From IMG/VR virus record IMGVR_UViG_3300027798_000027, positions 23,578-87,577 of that record: 64,000 nucleotides of DNA, one strand, 5' to 3'. The stretch comes from a virus (Duplodnaviria; Caudoviricetes). Under the pieces are notes generated by a model, which was not told where the DNA came from, made no database searches, and saw only the letters and a program-made list of their open reading frames with translations. Of this stretch, positions 8,286 through 16,390 are shown one piece after another (the stretch's first letter is position 1; each line of letters opens with the position of its first letter). The translations under genes and the position numbers were made by a program.

Positions 8286-9319
8286 GACTGGGGATCATAG
8301 CAAGATCAGACAACACTGGCCTTGGTAATCAGACTAAAGAGTTAGTTAATATGCTTAACCCTGATAAAGTTCTTTTGATTGACTCTACCCCGTTTAATAA
8401 CAACAAGCAACATCCACACTGGTATGACCAATACAGTTGTATCAAGACACAAGGTTTTCCATCTGTTCAACAGATAAAAATGTTTTTAGGAGATGTAGAT
8501 GTTGTATTAAGTTGTGAAACATTTTATGATCAAAATTTTGTAAGGTTTGCAAATAGACGTGGTGTAAAGACCATTCTTCAATATAACTATGAGTTGTTTG
8601 GTCACTTGTCAAACCCAGAACTTCCACTGCCAACTGTATTGTTATCGCCTAGTTTATGGCAAATTGAAACAATTCAAAGCATGTTTGGAGATAGAACAAA
8701 AATAATTCACCTTCCGCCACCAACCAATCCTGAGTTATTTACAACTGTAAAAAATAATAACATTTCTAAATCACATAATAGACTATTACACATTGCTGGT
8801 AAGAAGGCAGCCAAAGATAGAAACGGTACTGAAACTGTAATAAATATGTTAAAACACTCTAAAGCCGATTATGAGTTAGTTATTAGAAGTCAAAGTGAAG
8901 TAGTAACTAATGTAACAGACTCAAGGCTAAAGATTGAAATTGGCAATCCAGAAAACAGGGAAGACCTATACAATGGCTTTGATGCTATGGTTTTACCTAG
9001 ACGATATGCTGGTCTTTGTTTACCGATGAATGAGGCCTTGCTTTCTGGTCTTCCCGTTTTTATGACAAATGTTTCACCCAATAATCAGATCTTGCCACAG
9101 GATTGGTTAGTTGACTCAGATTCCATTGGAACCATTAGAACAAAGGTTAGAATTGATTTGGTTGAAGCAAATAATGTTTTGTTAGCACAAACAATTGATA
9201 AGTATATGTCTATCAATGATAAAACTAATTATAAACAACAGGCTTATGAGTTAGGGTTTAACAATTTTGCACCAGCAATATTAAAAGAAAAATACTTAGA
9301 ACTTATTTTTCAAATCTAG
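8282..9319 (+). CDS. GT-B (GT4-like) glycosyltransferase
   Basis: DLYNGFDAMVLPRRYAGLCLPMNEALLSGLPVF, the GT4 C-terminal signature. Confidence 0.8.
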   Translation: MRLGIIARSDNTGLGNQTKELVNMLNPDKVLLIDSTPFNNNKQHPHWYDQYSCIKTQGFPSVQQIKMFLGDVDVVLSCETFYDQNFVRFANRRGVKTILQYNYELFGHLSNPELPLPTVLLSPSLWQIETIQSMFGDRTKIIHLPPPTNPELFTTVKNNNISKSHNRLLHIAGKKAAKDRNGTETVINMLKHSKADYELVIRSQSEVVTNVTDSRLKIEIGNPENREDLYNGFDAMVLPRRYAGLCLPMNEALLSGLPVFMTNVSPNNQILPQDWLVDSDSIGTIRTKVRIDLVEANNVLLAQTIDKYMSINDKTNYKQQAYELGFNNFAPAILKEKYLELIFQI

Positions 9320-9995
9320 TTTTTTTACCAAATTTATCTTTAAGTATTTTATTAAATATATTATTAAATGAACTATCTGAACTAGATAAATAAGTATGAT
9401 CATTTATGTTTAAATTATAAGACTTAAGAACTAGTGGTCCAGAGTTGTAAACCTTAACATCTTCCATTTGTGTGCCACCCACATCAAATTTATTTCCGTA
9501 TATTGATCTCCATAAGAATTGATCTAAAAGTTCTAGCACTACCTTTAATTTTTCTTTTTCCATAATCATAGGAACGTGGAGTTCATAGTCTAAAGGGTTT
9601 TCAAATCCTAATGCTTTAAGTTTTTTATATGTTCCTGAAAGTTTTCTTGTGTATTGAGAGTTACCATTTAATTTTTGATATAAGTTTATTTTATCTAATA
9701 GGTATCCACTATGAAAATTTTCTATCTTATTTATTTTTTTAATAATATAAAAGTCATCATTCATTAAAATAAACGATTGTGATATTTCTTGTGAAAAAGA
9801 AATTGCTTCTAAATTTTTTACAGCATTTTTATACTTTGATTCTTTTTGTTCTACTTTTATATAGTTTCCTGTATACCAGTCAGGCTTACCACCGACAAGC
9901 CATATATTTGCTTCTGGAAAACTTTCAACAACAGATCTAATTGAATACTTTAGTTCTTCGTTTATTCCGTCTTTACATATATATACAAAGTCCAT
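9303..9995 (-). CDS. Stealth CR2-like protein (putative hexose-1-phosphotransferase)
   Basis: NEELKYSIRSV...PDW...FILMNDDFY...YELHVPM. Confidence 0.6.
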   Translation of the reverse strand: MDFVYICKDGINEELKYSIRSVVESFPEANIWLVGGKPDWYTGNYIKVEQKESKYKNAVKNLEAISFSQEISQSFILMNDDFYIIKKINKIENFHSGYLLDKINLYQKLNGNSQYTRKLSGTYKKLKALGFENPLDYELHVPMIMEKEKLKVVLELLDQFLWRSIYGNKFDVGGTQMEDVKVYNSGPLVLKSYNLNINDHTYLSSSDSSFNNIFNKILKDKFGKKTRFEK

Positions 9996-10007
9996 TAGTC
10001 CCCATTA

Positions 10008-10049
10008 TAAAAAAATAAAGAGGGCAAGGTTTAAGTTTGCCCCCTTTAT
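10008..10049 (-). terminator. Rho-independent terminator after the holin gene
   Basis: Minus strand GGGGGCAA-loop-TTGCCCTC followed by TTTATTTTTTT. Confidence 0.75.
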
Positions 10050-10057
10050 AGAATAAA

Positions 10058-10336
10058 CTACTTTTTCTTAGCAGTTTTCTTTTTTGGTGCACTTTTAACA
10101 GGCACAATCTTGCCAAGAGCATCTGAAATAATACCAGTATCTGGTAGTACGCCAAACGATTTATCATTTGGATTTAACGCTCTCAATGCGACGGGCGCTA
10201 AAGCAGCAACTAGTGCAGCCCATAGATCTTTTGGATCTGTTACGCCAGCCATGTAAAGTGCAATTACTGCGCCAAGAACGGATCGTCCGTATGATGCTAG
10301 CATTGCCTTTGACTTATCGTTTAATAAGTTATTCAT
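10058..10336 (-). CDS. Putative holin
   Basis: Small protein with two hydrophobic helices, ASYGRSVLGA...ALRALNP, Lys-rich C-terminal tail; AGGAGG SD. Confidence 0.65.
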   Translation of the reverse strand: MNNLLNDKSKAMLASYGRSVLGAVIALYMAGVTDPKDLWAALVAALAPVALRALNPNDKSFGVLPDTGIISDALGKIVPVKSAPKKKTAKKK

Positions 10337-10344
10337 TATTCCTC

Positions 10345-10503
10345 CTAGGATATAATTTGTGTTAGTGTTTTATAGCCAATCCATAAACCAATAATTCCTG
10401 CGACTCCCGCAAAAACTGGTGGTGCTGGTACTGGCAATTTGAATGCTGCGAACACAACACCGCATCCAAAACCTGTGATAATTGATAACAGAACATCTCT
10501 CAT
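10345..10503 (-). CDS. XapX (DUF1427)-like small membrane protein
   Basis: Read by hand: MRDVLLSIITGFGCGVVFAAFKLPVPAPPVFAGVAGIIGLWIGY..., showing the LPxPAPP-xxAG signature. Confidence 0.8.
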   Translation of the reverse strand: MRDVLLSIITGFGCGVVFAAFKLPVPAPPVFAGVAGIIGLWIGYKTLTQIIS

Positions 10504-10504
10504 G

Positions 10505-10867
10505 TTATTTTTTTCCTTGACCCATCTCTGGTAAAAGCGCTAAAAGTTTGTCAGAATAGTTATCCAAACCTTTTACCTTCAACTCATCTGAAACCTCTTT
10601 AATGGTTTGTTGTGACTTTTCAATATACTCAAATGCCCAGTCTCTAGAATCAGATAGGAATTTTATAAAGTTTTCTTTATGTATTGTATCGTCAGACATA
10701 TTGATGCCGTCATTGACTTGAGAGTTTACTTCTTCAAGTGCCCTGTTTTTTATAAAAAGTTCAGCCACCAGCAAGTTAGACTTTTTTAGTTTATCAAACG
10801 TTGCCCAATAAGATAGTGCAAAGGAAAAAGACAGGGTAGCAAAAAATATCAGAAACATCATCTCCAT
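10505..10867 (-). CDS. Membrane-anchored hypothetical protein
   Basis: N-terminal TM helix, FIKFLSDSRDWAFEYIE; TACAAT-N7-ATG. Confidence 0.75.
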   Translation of the reverse strand: MEMMFLIFFATLSFSFALSYWATFDKLKKSNLLVAELFIKNRALEEVNSQVNDGINMSDDTIHKENFIKFLSDSRDWAFEYIEKSQQTIKEVSDELKVKGLDNYSDKLLALLPEMGQGKK

Positions 10868-10999
10868 AATATCTATTGTACTCTATTCTCAGTTTGGCTA
10901 CTGCCTAAATAGGTAAGCCAAATTAGCCTAGAAACAGCCATTACAGCCACTTTTACAGCAGCCCCCATACCTTTTGACCCACCCATTTTGTATATTTTT

Positions 11000-11125
11000 T
11001 TAGTCTTTTTCTATATCAAAAATATCTAAATCAGACATTTTTTTAAAATTTGCTGCTGTCCAAAGGGATACGGCAGTTAAGAAAGATAAAACTATTAGTA
11101 TTATTATCTTTGTTTTCTTTTTCAT
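11000..11125 (-). CDS. 41-aa single-TM microprotein
   Basis: MKKKTKIIILIVLSFLTAVSLWTAANFKKMSDLDIFDIEKD; ATGA coupling. Confidence 0.65.
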   Translation of the reverse strand: MKKKTKIIILIVLSFLTAVSLWTAANFKKMSDLDIFDIEKD

Positions 11126-11253
11126 TTTGTTATGGTTGCTCCACATCTTAGACATGCTACATAATTTTTACCAGTAAATGGACAAGAGCCAGCATCAACA
11201 AGATCGTGTGACTTTATCTTACAAATAAAAAACAATGTAATCTGTTTTATCAT
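11122..11253 (-). CDS. 43-aa Cys/His microprotein
   Basis: MIKQITLFFICKIKSHDLVDAGSCPFTGKNYVACLRCGATITK; overlaps the upstream stop. Confidence 0.65.
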   Translation of the reverse strand: MIKQITLFFICKIKSHDLVDAGSCPFTGKNYVACLRCGATITK

Positions 11254-11495
11254 TTTATTGCCTCTCTAGTAATTAACACTATGGCCCCACACTCCTCTAA
11301 TGCTTTTTTTAATTTTACCACATACTGTAATGCTGATATTTTATCATCATGCACCATGTGCAAAAATTTTCTTTCATCTAATTTTACAGTAAGGAAGTGT
11401 TCATTGTCAATAATCTCCACTCCAAAACCTTTGGGAGGCGTAATTGAATGCACAGCCCTACGCATGATGTCTGTATACATTATTTGTTGCTCCAT
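11250..11495 (-). CDS. Hypothetical protein
   Basis: ORF track; co-oriented with and coupled to neighbours. Confidence 0.7.
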   Translation of the reverse strand: MEQQIMYTDIMRRAVHSITPPKGFGVEIIDNEHFLTVKLDERKFLHMVHDDKISALQYVVKLKKALEECGAIVLITREAIK

Positions 11496-11533
11496 TTCAT
11501 TTTATTTTAATTATTCTATAGTAATAAATGTTT

Positions 11534-12178
11534 TTATTTATTGTAACCCAAATTATCAAATTCCCATTTCCACTCCTGAAAGATGAAGTTCATTTGATCA
11601 TTATTAAATATATCTGATGGGTCTATATTTTTTATTCCATGTTTTTTTTCAAATACATTTATACAGATTTCTGGGATATTGTGAGATTTTAATATTGGAT
11701 TAATTTGATCTTCAAGACCATCTTCATATCTAATAAACTTATCAATAATAATTTTTTTATTAAAGGTATAAAGAAATTTACTGCTTGGTAAAAATCTTGT
11801 TGTAAATAAATTTAGATCATTTTTATAATCAAAATAATTATCTACATATTTTTGTTTTTCTTTTTTGTTTAAATTATTCCAATCAACTTCAATAAGGTGT
11901 AAAGCCCAAAAAAAATTTGAAAGAACTGCGTCGTATGGATTTCTAATTATTGTATATGTTTTAACATCAGATAGATCTATGAGTTTTGATATTTCTTTAT
12001 ATGAAGCGTGACTTTTAAATCCTTGATAATTTCTAGGTTTATGATTTGGGTTTTTTGGTTCAATTGGAGTGACAATTGCATTGTCTGGAAGAACTTGTGA
12101 TAGTGCTACCTCTACAGAAGTTCCACCAACTTTTATATTTTTTAAAAACAAAAATTTATGGTCTTTAGAATAAATCAT
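11534..12178 (-). CDS. Sulfotransferase family 2-like protein
   Basis: FLFLKNIKVGGTSVE (5'-PSB-like) and IIRNPYDAVLS (3'-PB-like) motifs. Confidence 0.8.
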   Translation of the reverse strand: MIYSKDHKFLFLKNIKVGGTSVEVALSQVLPDNAIVTPIEPKNPNHKPRNYQGFKSHASYKEISKLIDLSDVKTYTIIRNPYDAVLSNFFWALHLIEVDWNNLNKKEKQKYVDNYFDYKNDLNLFTTRFLPSSKFLYTFNKKIIIDKFIRYEDGLEDQINPILKSHNIPEICINVFEKKHGIKNIDPSDIFNNDQMNFIFQEWKWEFDNLGYNK

Positions 12179-12181
12179 TTG

Positions 12182-12463
12182 TTACTCTATTGTTAAGGCT
12201 TGCCAGGTAGTTGCCCAGTCTTGTTTGGTTTTATGCTTATTAAACTCTCTTGAAACTTCTCCGCCTTCTAAATAAACACCGCCCCAAACACCCCACTCTT
12301 TTCCTGAAACACCATTAGCAAAACATATTTTTCTAACTGGACATTGTTTACAAAGTGCATCAACATCTCTTCTAGATCCTTCATGATCTTCGTATTTATC
12401 AAAAAATGCGTTGTTGTCCGTTCCCAAACATAAAGCCTGATCTTTCCACAAATGCTGTTTCAA
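12182..12463 (-). CDS. whiB: WhiB-family Fe-S transcription factor
   Basis: W...ALC...FF...C..CPV...C...GVWGG: four Cys plus GVWGG. Confidence 0.9.
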   Translation of the reverse strand: MKQHLWKDQALCLGTDNNAFFDKYEDHEGSRRDVDALCKQCPVRKICFANGVSGKEWGVWGGVYLEGGEVSREFNKHKTKQDWATTWQALTIE

Positions 12464-12465
12464 GA

Positions 12466-12675
12466 CTAATCCTTATACTTATTTGGTATATCCCAACCAT
12501 TACGGCCAGGTTTATAAACTCTATGTAAATACCATTTGTTTTTTACTCTAATGCCCATGGGAGATGTTTTTGCCGTATCAGATTCTTTTAAATCAATTAC
12601 ATCCCACGCATGCCAAATAAGGTTTTTATTTTTACTTACAATTTTTTCCATTGTGTTTAAACTTCTAATAATCAT
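12466..12675 (-). CDS. Hypothetical protein
   Basis: ORF track; AGGAG SD. Confidence 0.7.
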   Translation of the reverse strand: MIIRSLNTMEKIVSKNKNLIWHAWDVIDLKESDTAKTSPMGIRVKNKWYLHRVYKPGRNGWDIPNKYKD

Positions 12676-12683
12676 TTTTTCTC

Positions 12684-13034
12684 CTAATACTTAAAAAGAC
12701 CAACGTCAATGTTGTTTGCTTCTGCAGTTAAAGCCAATTTTGATTTTGGTTCTTTTGGATTACTTAAAAAAGCAAAATAATTAATTTGATTTATATGTTC
12801 ACTTAACCATGCGGGTGCTACATTATAGAATTTAATTTTTTTGCCTCTTGCTTTCATTCCACGTTCTGACAAATTAGAGAACTCTGAAACAAAATTATTT
12901 ATTTTTAATGGGCCAGCGGAATAAATAATAAATTCATTATCTTCATCCTTCATTCCTGATAAGGCAACACTCATGGCACGTAGAAATATATTATATTGAT
13001 TAAACTCTTTTGTTCCCTGCACTGCCACTATCAT
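12684..13034 (-). CDS. SLOG/DUF2493-like protein
   Basis: MIVAVQGTKEFNQYNIF N-terminus resembles the SLOG G-[ST]-R/K-x-F-x-x-Y motif. Confidence 0.45.
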   Translation of the reverse strand: MIVAVQGTKEFNQYNIFLRAMSVALSGMKDEDNEFIIYSAGPLKINNFVSEFSNLSERGMKARGKKIKFYNVAPAWLSEHINQINYFAFLSNPKEPKSKLALTAEANNIDVGLFKY

Positions 13035-13428
13035 TTGGTCCTACCCCTTGTTTTAAGTCATCAAGTATTGATAACATCTTATCTAATTCTTTTTTAGACA
13101 TATTCTCAACATCTAATGGCTTTGCTGTGTTTTCATCTACCCTGCCATTAATAGCATCAGCAGTATAAAAAACATTACCCAATATCCAATATGCTTTATC
13201 TTTTTCTATTACTACTCTTAACATATTTTTTTGAACATGTTTTTGAGATTGAGTAATAAACTTAGGCTTATCAAACCTTTGTTTTGAAATAACATCTTTA
13301 GTTATTTCATAAATATCGCTTTGCCTATATTTAATTTTTTTTAAAAATGCTATTCTTTTTTTATTTGATACTTTAATTATAGACCAACAAAGAGACAATG
13401 TCAAGCCTATAACTAATAGATATTCCAT
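13000..13428 (-). CDS. Membrane-anchored hypothetical protein
   Basis: N-terminal hydrophobic segment; ORF track. Confidence 0.7.
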   Translation of the reverse strand: MEYLLVIGLTLSLCWSIIKVSNKKRIAFLKKIKYRQSDIYEITKDVISKQRFDKPKFITQSQKHVQKNMLRVVIEKDKAYWILGNVFYTADAINGRVDENTAKPLDVENMSKKELDKMLSILDDLKQGVGPNDSGSAGNKRV

Positions 13429-13437
13429 TCATTGCCC

Positions 13438-13806
13438 CTACTTTCTTAGATCAAAGGCAGTTCCCTGCCAAACTTTTTCTAGTTTTTTCTTTTCTCTCTG
13501 TGTAATTGCACGGCTCCATGAAAAGCCTGCATCTCCACCCCAAGCATCCCACATAATTCTTCCATTGGATGGAAACTCTGGACCATCATAAAAACCTTTG
13601 CCTTTTTTATCTACTTCGTGACGGGAAAAAAAAGAAAACATTCTCTTAACAGTACTAAGAGACATTGCTGATCCATTTACGATATCAGTTGCACGACCCC
13701 AACCTACTGGAGTTCCTGCTCCCTTAGCCTTACCATCTGCTTTCCACTTTAAAGCACGACGAGCAGCAGCCTTCATGCCAGATGTAGGTGTGTATGTATC
13801 AGCCAT
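13438..13806 (-). CDS. Conserved phage protein, domain usually associated with head morphogenesis proteins
   Basis: GTPVGWGRA..LSTVKRMFSFFSRHEVDK..PSNGRIMWDAWGGDAG pattern recognised from phage head-associated proteins. Confidence 0.6.
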   Translation of the reverse strand: MADTYTPTSGMKAAARRALKWKADGKAKGAGTPVGWGRATDIVNGSAMSLSTVKRMFSFFSRHEVDKKGKGFYDGPEFPSNGRIMWDAWGGDAGFSWSRAITQREKKKLEKVWQGTAFDLRK

Positions 13807-13906
13807 TTCTTTTTACCCTGTTTGTTTCATAAGATTTACCCCAAAAAAATGATCCAATCATTAACAAGCCTATTACTAATGAATGCAAGAAATAAAATTT
13901 ACTCAT
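13799..13906 (-). CDS. 35-aa single-TM microprotein
   Basis: MSKFYFLHSLVIGLLMIGSFFWGKSYETNRVKRNG; overlaps both neighbours. Confidence 0.6.
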   Translation of the reverse strand: MSKFYFLHSLVIGLLMIGSFFWGKSYETNRVKRNG

Positions 13907-14007
13907 TTTGACTTCTTCTTTTCTTGCTTAGCAGCACGTTTTTCTTTAAGAGTCATTTTTGGCTCTTTCTTTTTATTAGCATTACCCTTTTGTTCTTTGT
14001 TAGCCAT
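13903..14007 (-). CDS. 34-aa very basic microprotein
   Basis: MANKEQKGNANKKKEPKMTLKEKRAAKQEKKKSK. Confidence 0.7.
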   Translation of the reverse strand: MANKEQKGNANKKKEPKMTLKEKRAAKQEKKKSK

Positions 14008-14013
14008 TGCTTA

Positions 14014-14157
14014 CTACCCCTTTATTTTTGTTTTGTATGGACCTAAGTCCGCTTTAATGCTACCGTCTTTTCTTAAACGAACAATTCTTCCGTCTTTAAT
14101 CTGCATAGGATTAAACCCGTGATCTTTAGAATAAGAACCAGAAGATCTGTTAGCCAT
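14014..14157 (-). CDS. 47-aa basic microprotein
   Basis: MANRSSGSYSKDHGFNPMQIKDGRIVRLRKDGSIKADLGPYKTKIKG; AAGGA SD. Confidence 0.7.
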   Translation of the reverse strand: MANRSSGSYSKDHGFNPMQIKDGRIVRLRKDGSIKADLGPYKTKIKG

Positions 14158-15346
14158 TATCCTTAAACGGAGTTAAATCAAATATAGATCCGCCCCAACT
14201 TTCTGTATTTTTATTTATATTGTTTGACTGATTAAATAATTCTTTTACTCTTGTTGGTTTTTCTACGCTTTTTGCAAAATCTTCAAACAAAGATTTTTTA
14301 GTTGATCTTGAATGTCCCTTTGGAAATAAATCTAAATCAAATGGTTTTCTTGGAAATCTTCCACGTAATCCAGCCATAAAGGCATTTACCCTGCCCATTG
14401 CCCATTGCTCTGCGCTAGAAACACTGCCACGCACTGATGATGGGTTAGTTCTGTATGCTCCAATGCCACGACGATAAACTGCTTGTAGAGTTCCTACTGT
14501 AATTCTTTTATCACTATCTTTTCCTTTGTTGTAATTTTCAACAAGTTCTCTTAATTTTGATTCAGAAGCCTTTTCCATGGTCTCATCCATGTCATACATT
14601 TTTTCATTATCAATTGGCTCAGATGAAACTCTTAAAGATTTAACTGGTTTTGCAACACGTCTATCCGTCTTTGTTCTTTTACCTTTTTCATTTGTTGCAT
14701 AAACTCTTATAACTGCTACAGGATTATCTGCAGACGCTTCTACTTTTTCATTAGTCCCCGCAATGTTTACGGTTCCAGAACGTTCAACTCTTTCTACAAC
14801 TCCATGTGCAGATTCTGTTTTGTCTGGTGGTTTTGGAACTCCAAATGTTACATGATCTCCAACAGAAACTGATTTTGCTTTTCCCATATCATCATCATGA
14901 TGAACCATGTTGTGTACTTTTCCAACGGGAACACAATTAGGTACCATGCGTCCACCTTTATCTTTCATACCACGTTGTTCATATCCAACCCAACATGCTT
15001 TTGAAACGTTATCCCATTTGTCCATTTCTTCATCATCTGAATGATAAGACTTTCCCATTTCCATATCTGTGTTCATGTGATGTCCCTCTAACTTATCTAG
15101 TTTAGTGGCATCATTATGCATCATGCCAATACTGTATGCACTTTCTTTCCAACTACCTTTTTCTTTTTGTTCTTCATAAATTCTAACGGACATTGCAGGA
15201 TTTTCTGGAGGCATTGATTGAAGGGCATATTCTGAACCCGCACTGCCAAGAGTTCCGCCTTCTATCATTATATGTTCAACTTTTCCATGAACAAGACCTA
15301 CTTTTGTCTCACCCATTACAAAATCGCCTTCTACAATATGACTCAT
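14150..15346 (-). CDS. Mosaic multi-module protein, probably virion/head-associated
   Basis: Two similar SH3/Tudor-like modules, a CWVGY..VPNCVP motif and a VYRRGIGAY..EQWAMGRVNAF module; TATAAT-N6-ATG. Confidence 0.65.
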   Translation of the reverse strand: MSHIVEGDFVMGETKVGLVHGKVEHIMIEGGTLGSAGSEYALQSMPPENPAMSVRIYEEQKEKGSWKESAYSIGMMHNDATKLDKLEGHHMNTDMEMGKSYHSDDEEMDKWDNVSKACWVGYEQRGMKDKGGRMVPNCVPVGKVHNMVHHDDDMGKAKSVSVGDHVTFGVPKPPDKTESAHGVVERVERSGTVNIAGTNEKVEASADNPVAVIRVYATNEKGKRTKTDRRVAKPVKSLRVSSEPIDNEKMYDMDETMEKASESKLRELVENYNKGKDSDKRITVGTLQAVYRRGIGAYRTNPSSVRGSVSSAEQWAMGRVNAFMAGLRGRFPRKPFDLDLFPKGHSRSTKKSLFEDFAKSVEKPTRVKELFNQSNNINKNTESWGGSIFDLTPFKDNG

Positions 15347-15364
15347 GTTTAAATTATATCAGAC

Positions 15365-15742
15365 TTATTTTTTACGAGTAAGGCGTTTAAGTTCTTCTAT
15401 AGCCCAAACGTCTTGCTTGCGTAGTTTTGACATTTCTAGAGGATCAAAAGACTTATTTGTAAGAGTCACTATTGGCTCTTTTGCCAAAAAATCTATGTCT
15501 ACATAGGCCCTTTCCCATAAAGAAAGTATCTCAGCATTAACTCTATTAAGATGATCACTATAAAGTTCTGGCATCAACTCTTTAATTTTAGGTGTAAATG
15601 AATATAACAATGATCCATTTTCAGAATCAATACCCGCAACCTCTAAGCCACCCTCAAGTATTAACTTTTCAATCATTTCATTTTCACTTGAAGTCATAGT
15701 TTTCTCATCTGGATTAAATATTCTCTTGAATAGTTTTTTCAT
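15365..15742 (-). CDS. Hypothetical protein
   Basis: ORF track. Confidence 0.7.
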   Translation of the reverse strand: MKKLFKRIFNPDEKTMTSSENEMIEKLILEGGLEVAGIDSENGSLLYSFTPKIKELMPELYSDHLNRVNAEILSLWERAYVDIDFLAKEPIVTLTNKSFDPLEMSKLRKQDVWAIEELKRLTRKK

Positions 15743-15986
15743 AATTAATAAAGTTCTCCAACTCTGTCCTTGTTTTTGCCCCAGTTACACGGCTGAGTTC
15801 TCTACCGTCTTCTAATAAAATAAATGTAGGAATTGAACTTACTTTAAATCTTTCAACAAGTGATTGTTCGTAGTCAGCATCTATCATTTGAAATTCAAAA
15901 CCTTCTCTTTTCATTGCTTCAACAACTGGCTTTACTTTTTTACAAGGTTGACACCAGTCTGCTGTAAAATAAAAAACAGTTTTCAC
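15714..15986 (-). CDS. Thioredoxin
   Basis: FTADWCQPC active site, VSSIPTF cis-Pro motif. Confidence 0.9.
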   Translation of the reverse strand: MKTVFYFTADWCQPCKKVKPVVEAMKREGFEFQMIDADYEQSLVERFKVSSIPTFILLEDGRELSRVTGAKTRTELENFINYEKTIQENI

Positions 15987-16390
15987 TTTTTAGACTTTGC
16001 TCTGGCTTTTTTAAGTAATTCAAAATCTTTAATTTTAGTTTCTCCAAGATATCCCCAAGCATATCCATCATTAATCATTTTATTATTAACTGATTCAGAC
16101 TCTCCATTTACATATACCCAGCCAAGAATGCGTCCATATTTTTCAGATGAATTCATTTTTTCTGTACGAATAACAACAGACTTTGCATCCTTAAGTTGCT
16201 TCTTTAAATATTCTTTAGCCTCAAGGCCAAGAGCCTTTTCTGCTTTATCTGTTGTGCGTGACTCTGGAGTGTCAATACCAGCCAAACGAACACGGGATGC
16301 AAATAAAATATCAAACCCTAAATCAATAACTACATCAATGGTATCTCCATCAACAACATTTTTTACTTCTTCAACAAAATACTCATACAT
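15983..16390 (-). CDS. Thermonuclease (SNase-like)
   Basis: VVDGDTIDV, RVRLAGIDTPES, KYGRILGWVY. Confidence 0.9.
   Translation of the reverse strand: MYEYFVEEVKNVVDGDTIDVVIDLGFDILFASRVRLAGIDTPESRTTDKAEKALGLEAKEYLKKQLKDAKSVVIRTEKMNSSEKYGRILGWVYVNGESESVNNKMINDGYAWGYLGETKIKDFELLKKARAKSKK

Noticed and set aside
10925-10999. Cys/Gly-rich in-frame extension (..YGGCCKSGCNGCF) after the TAA of the 11000-11125 ORF, or an alternative 37-aa ORF
   Set aside because: It needs TAA readthrough or a start with no SD; short GCTGT repeats can produce this pattern by chance; there is no independent support.
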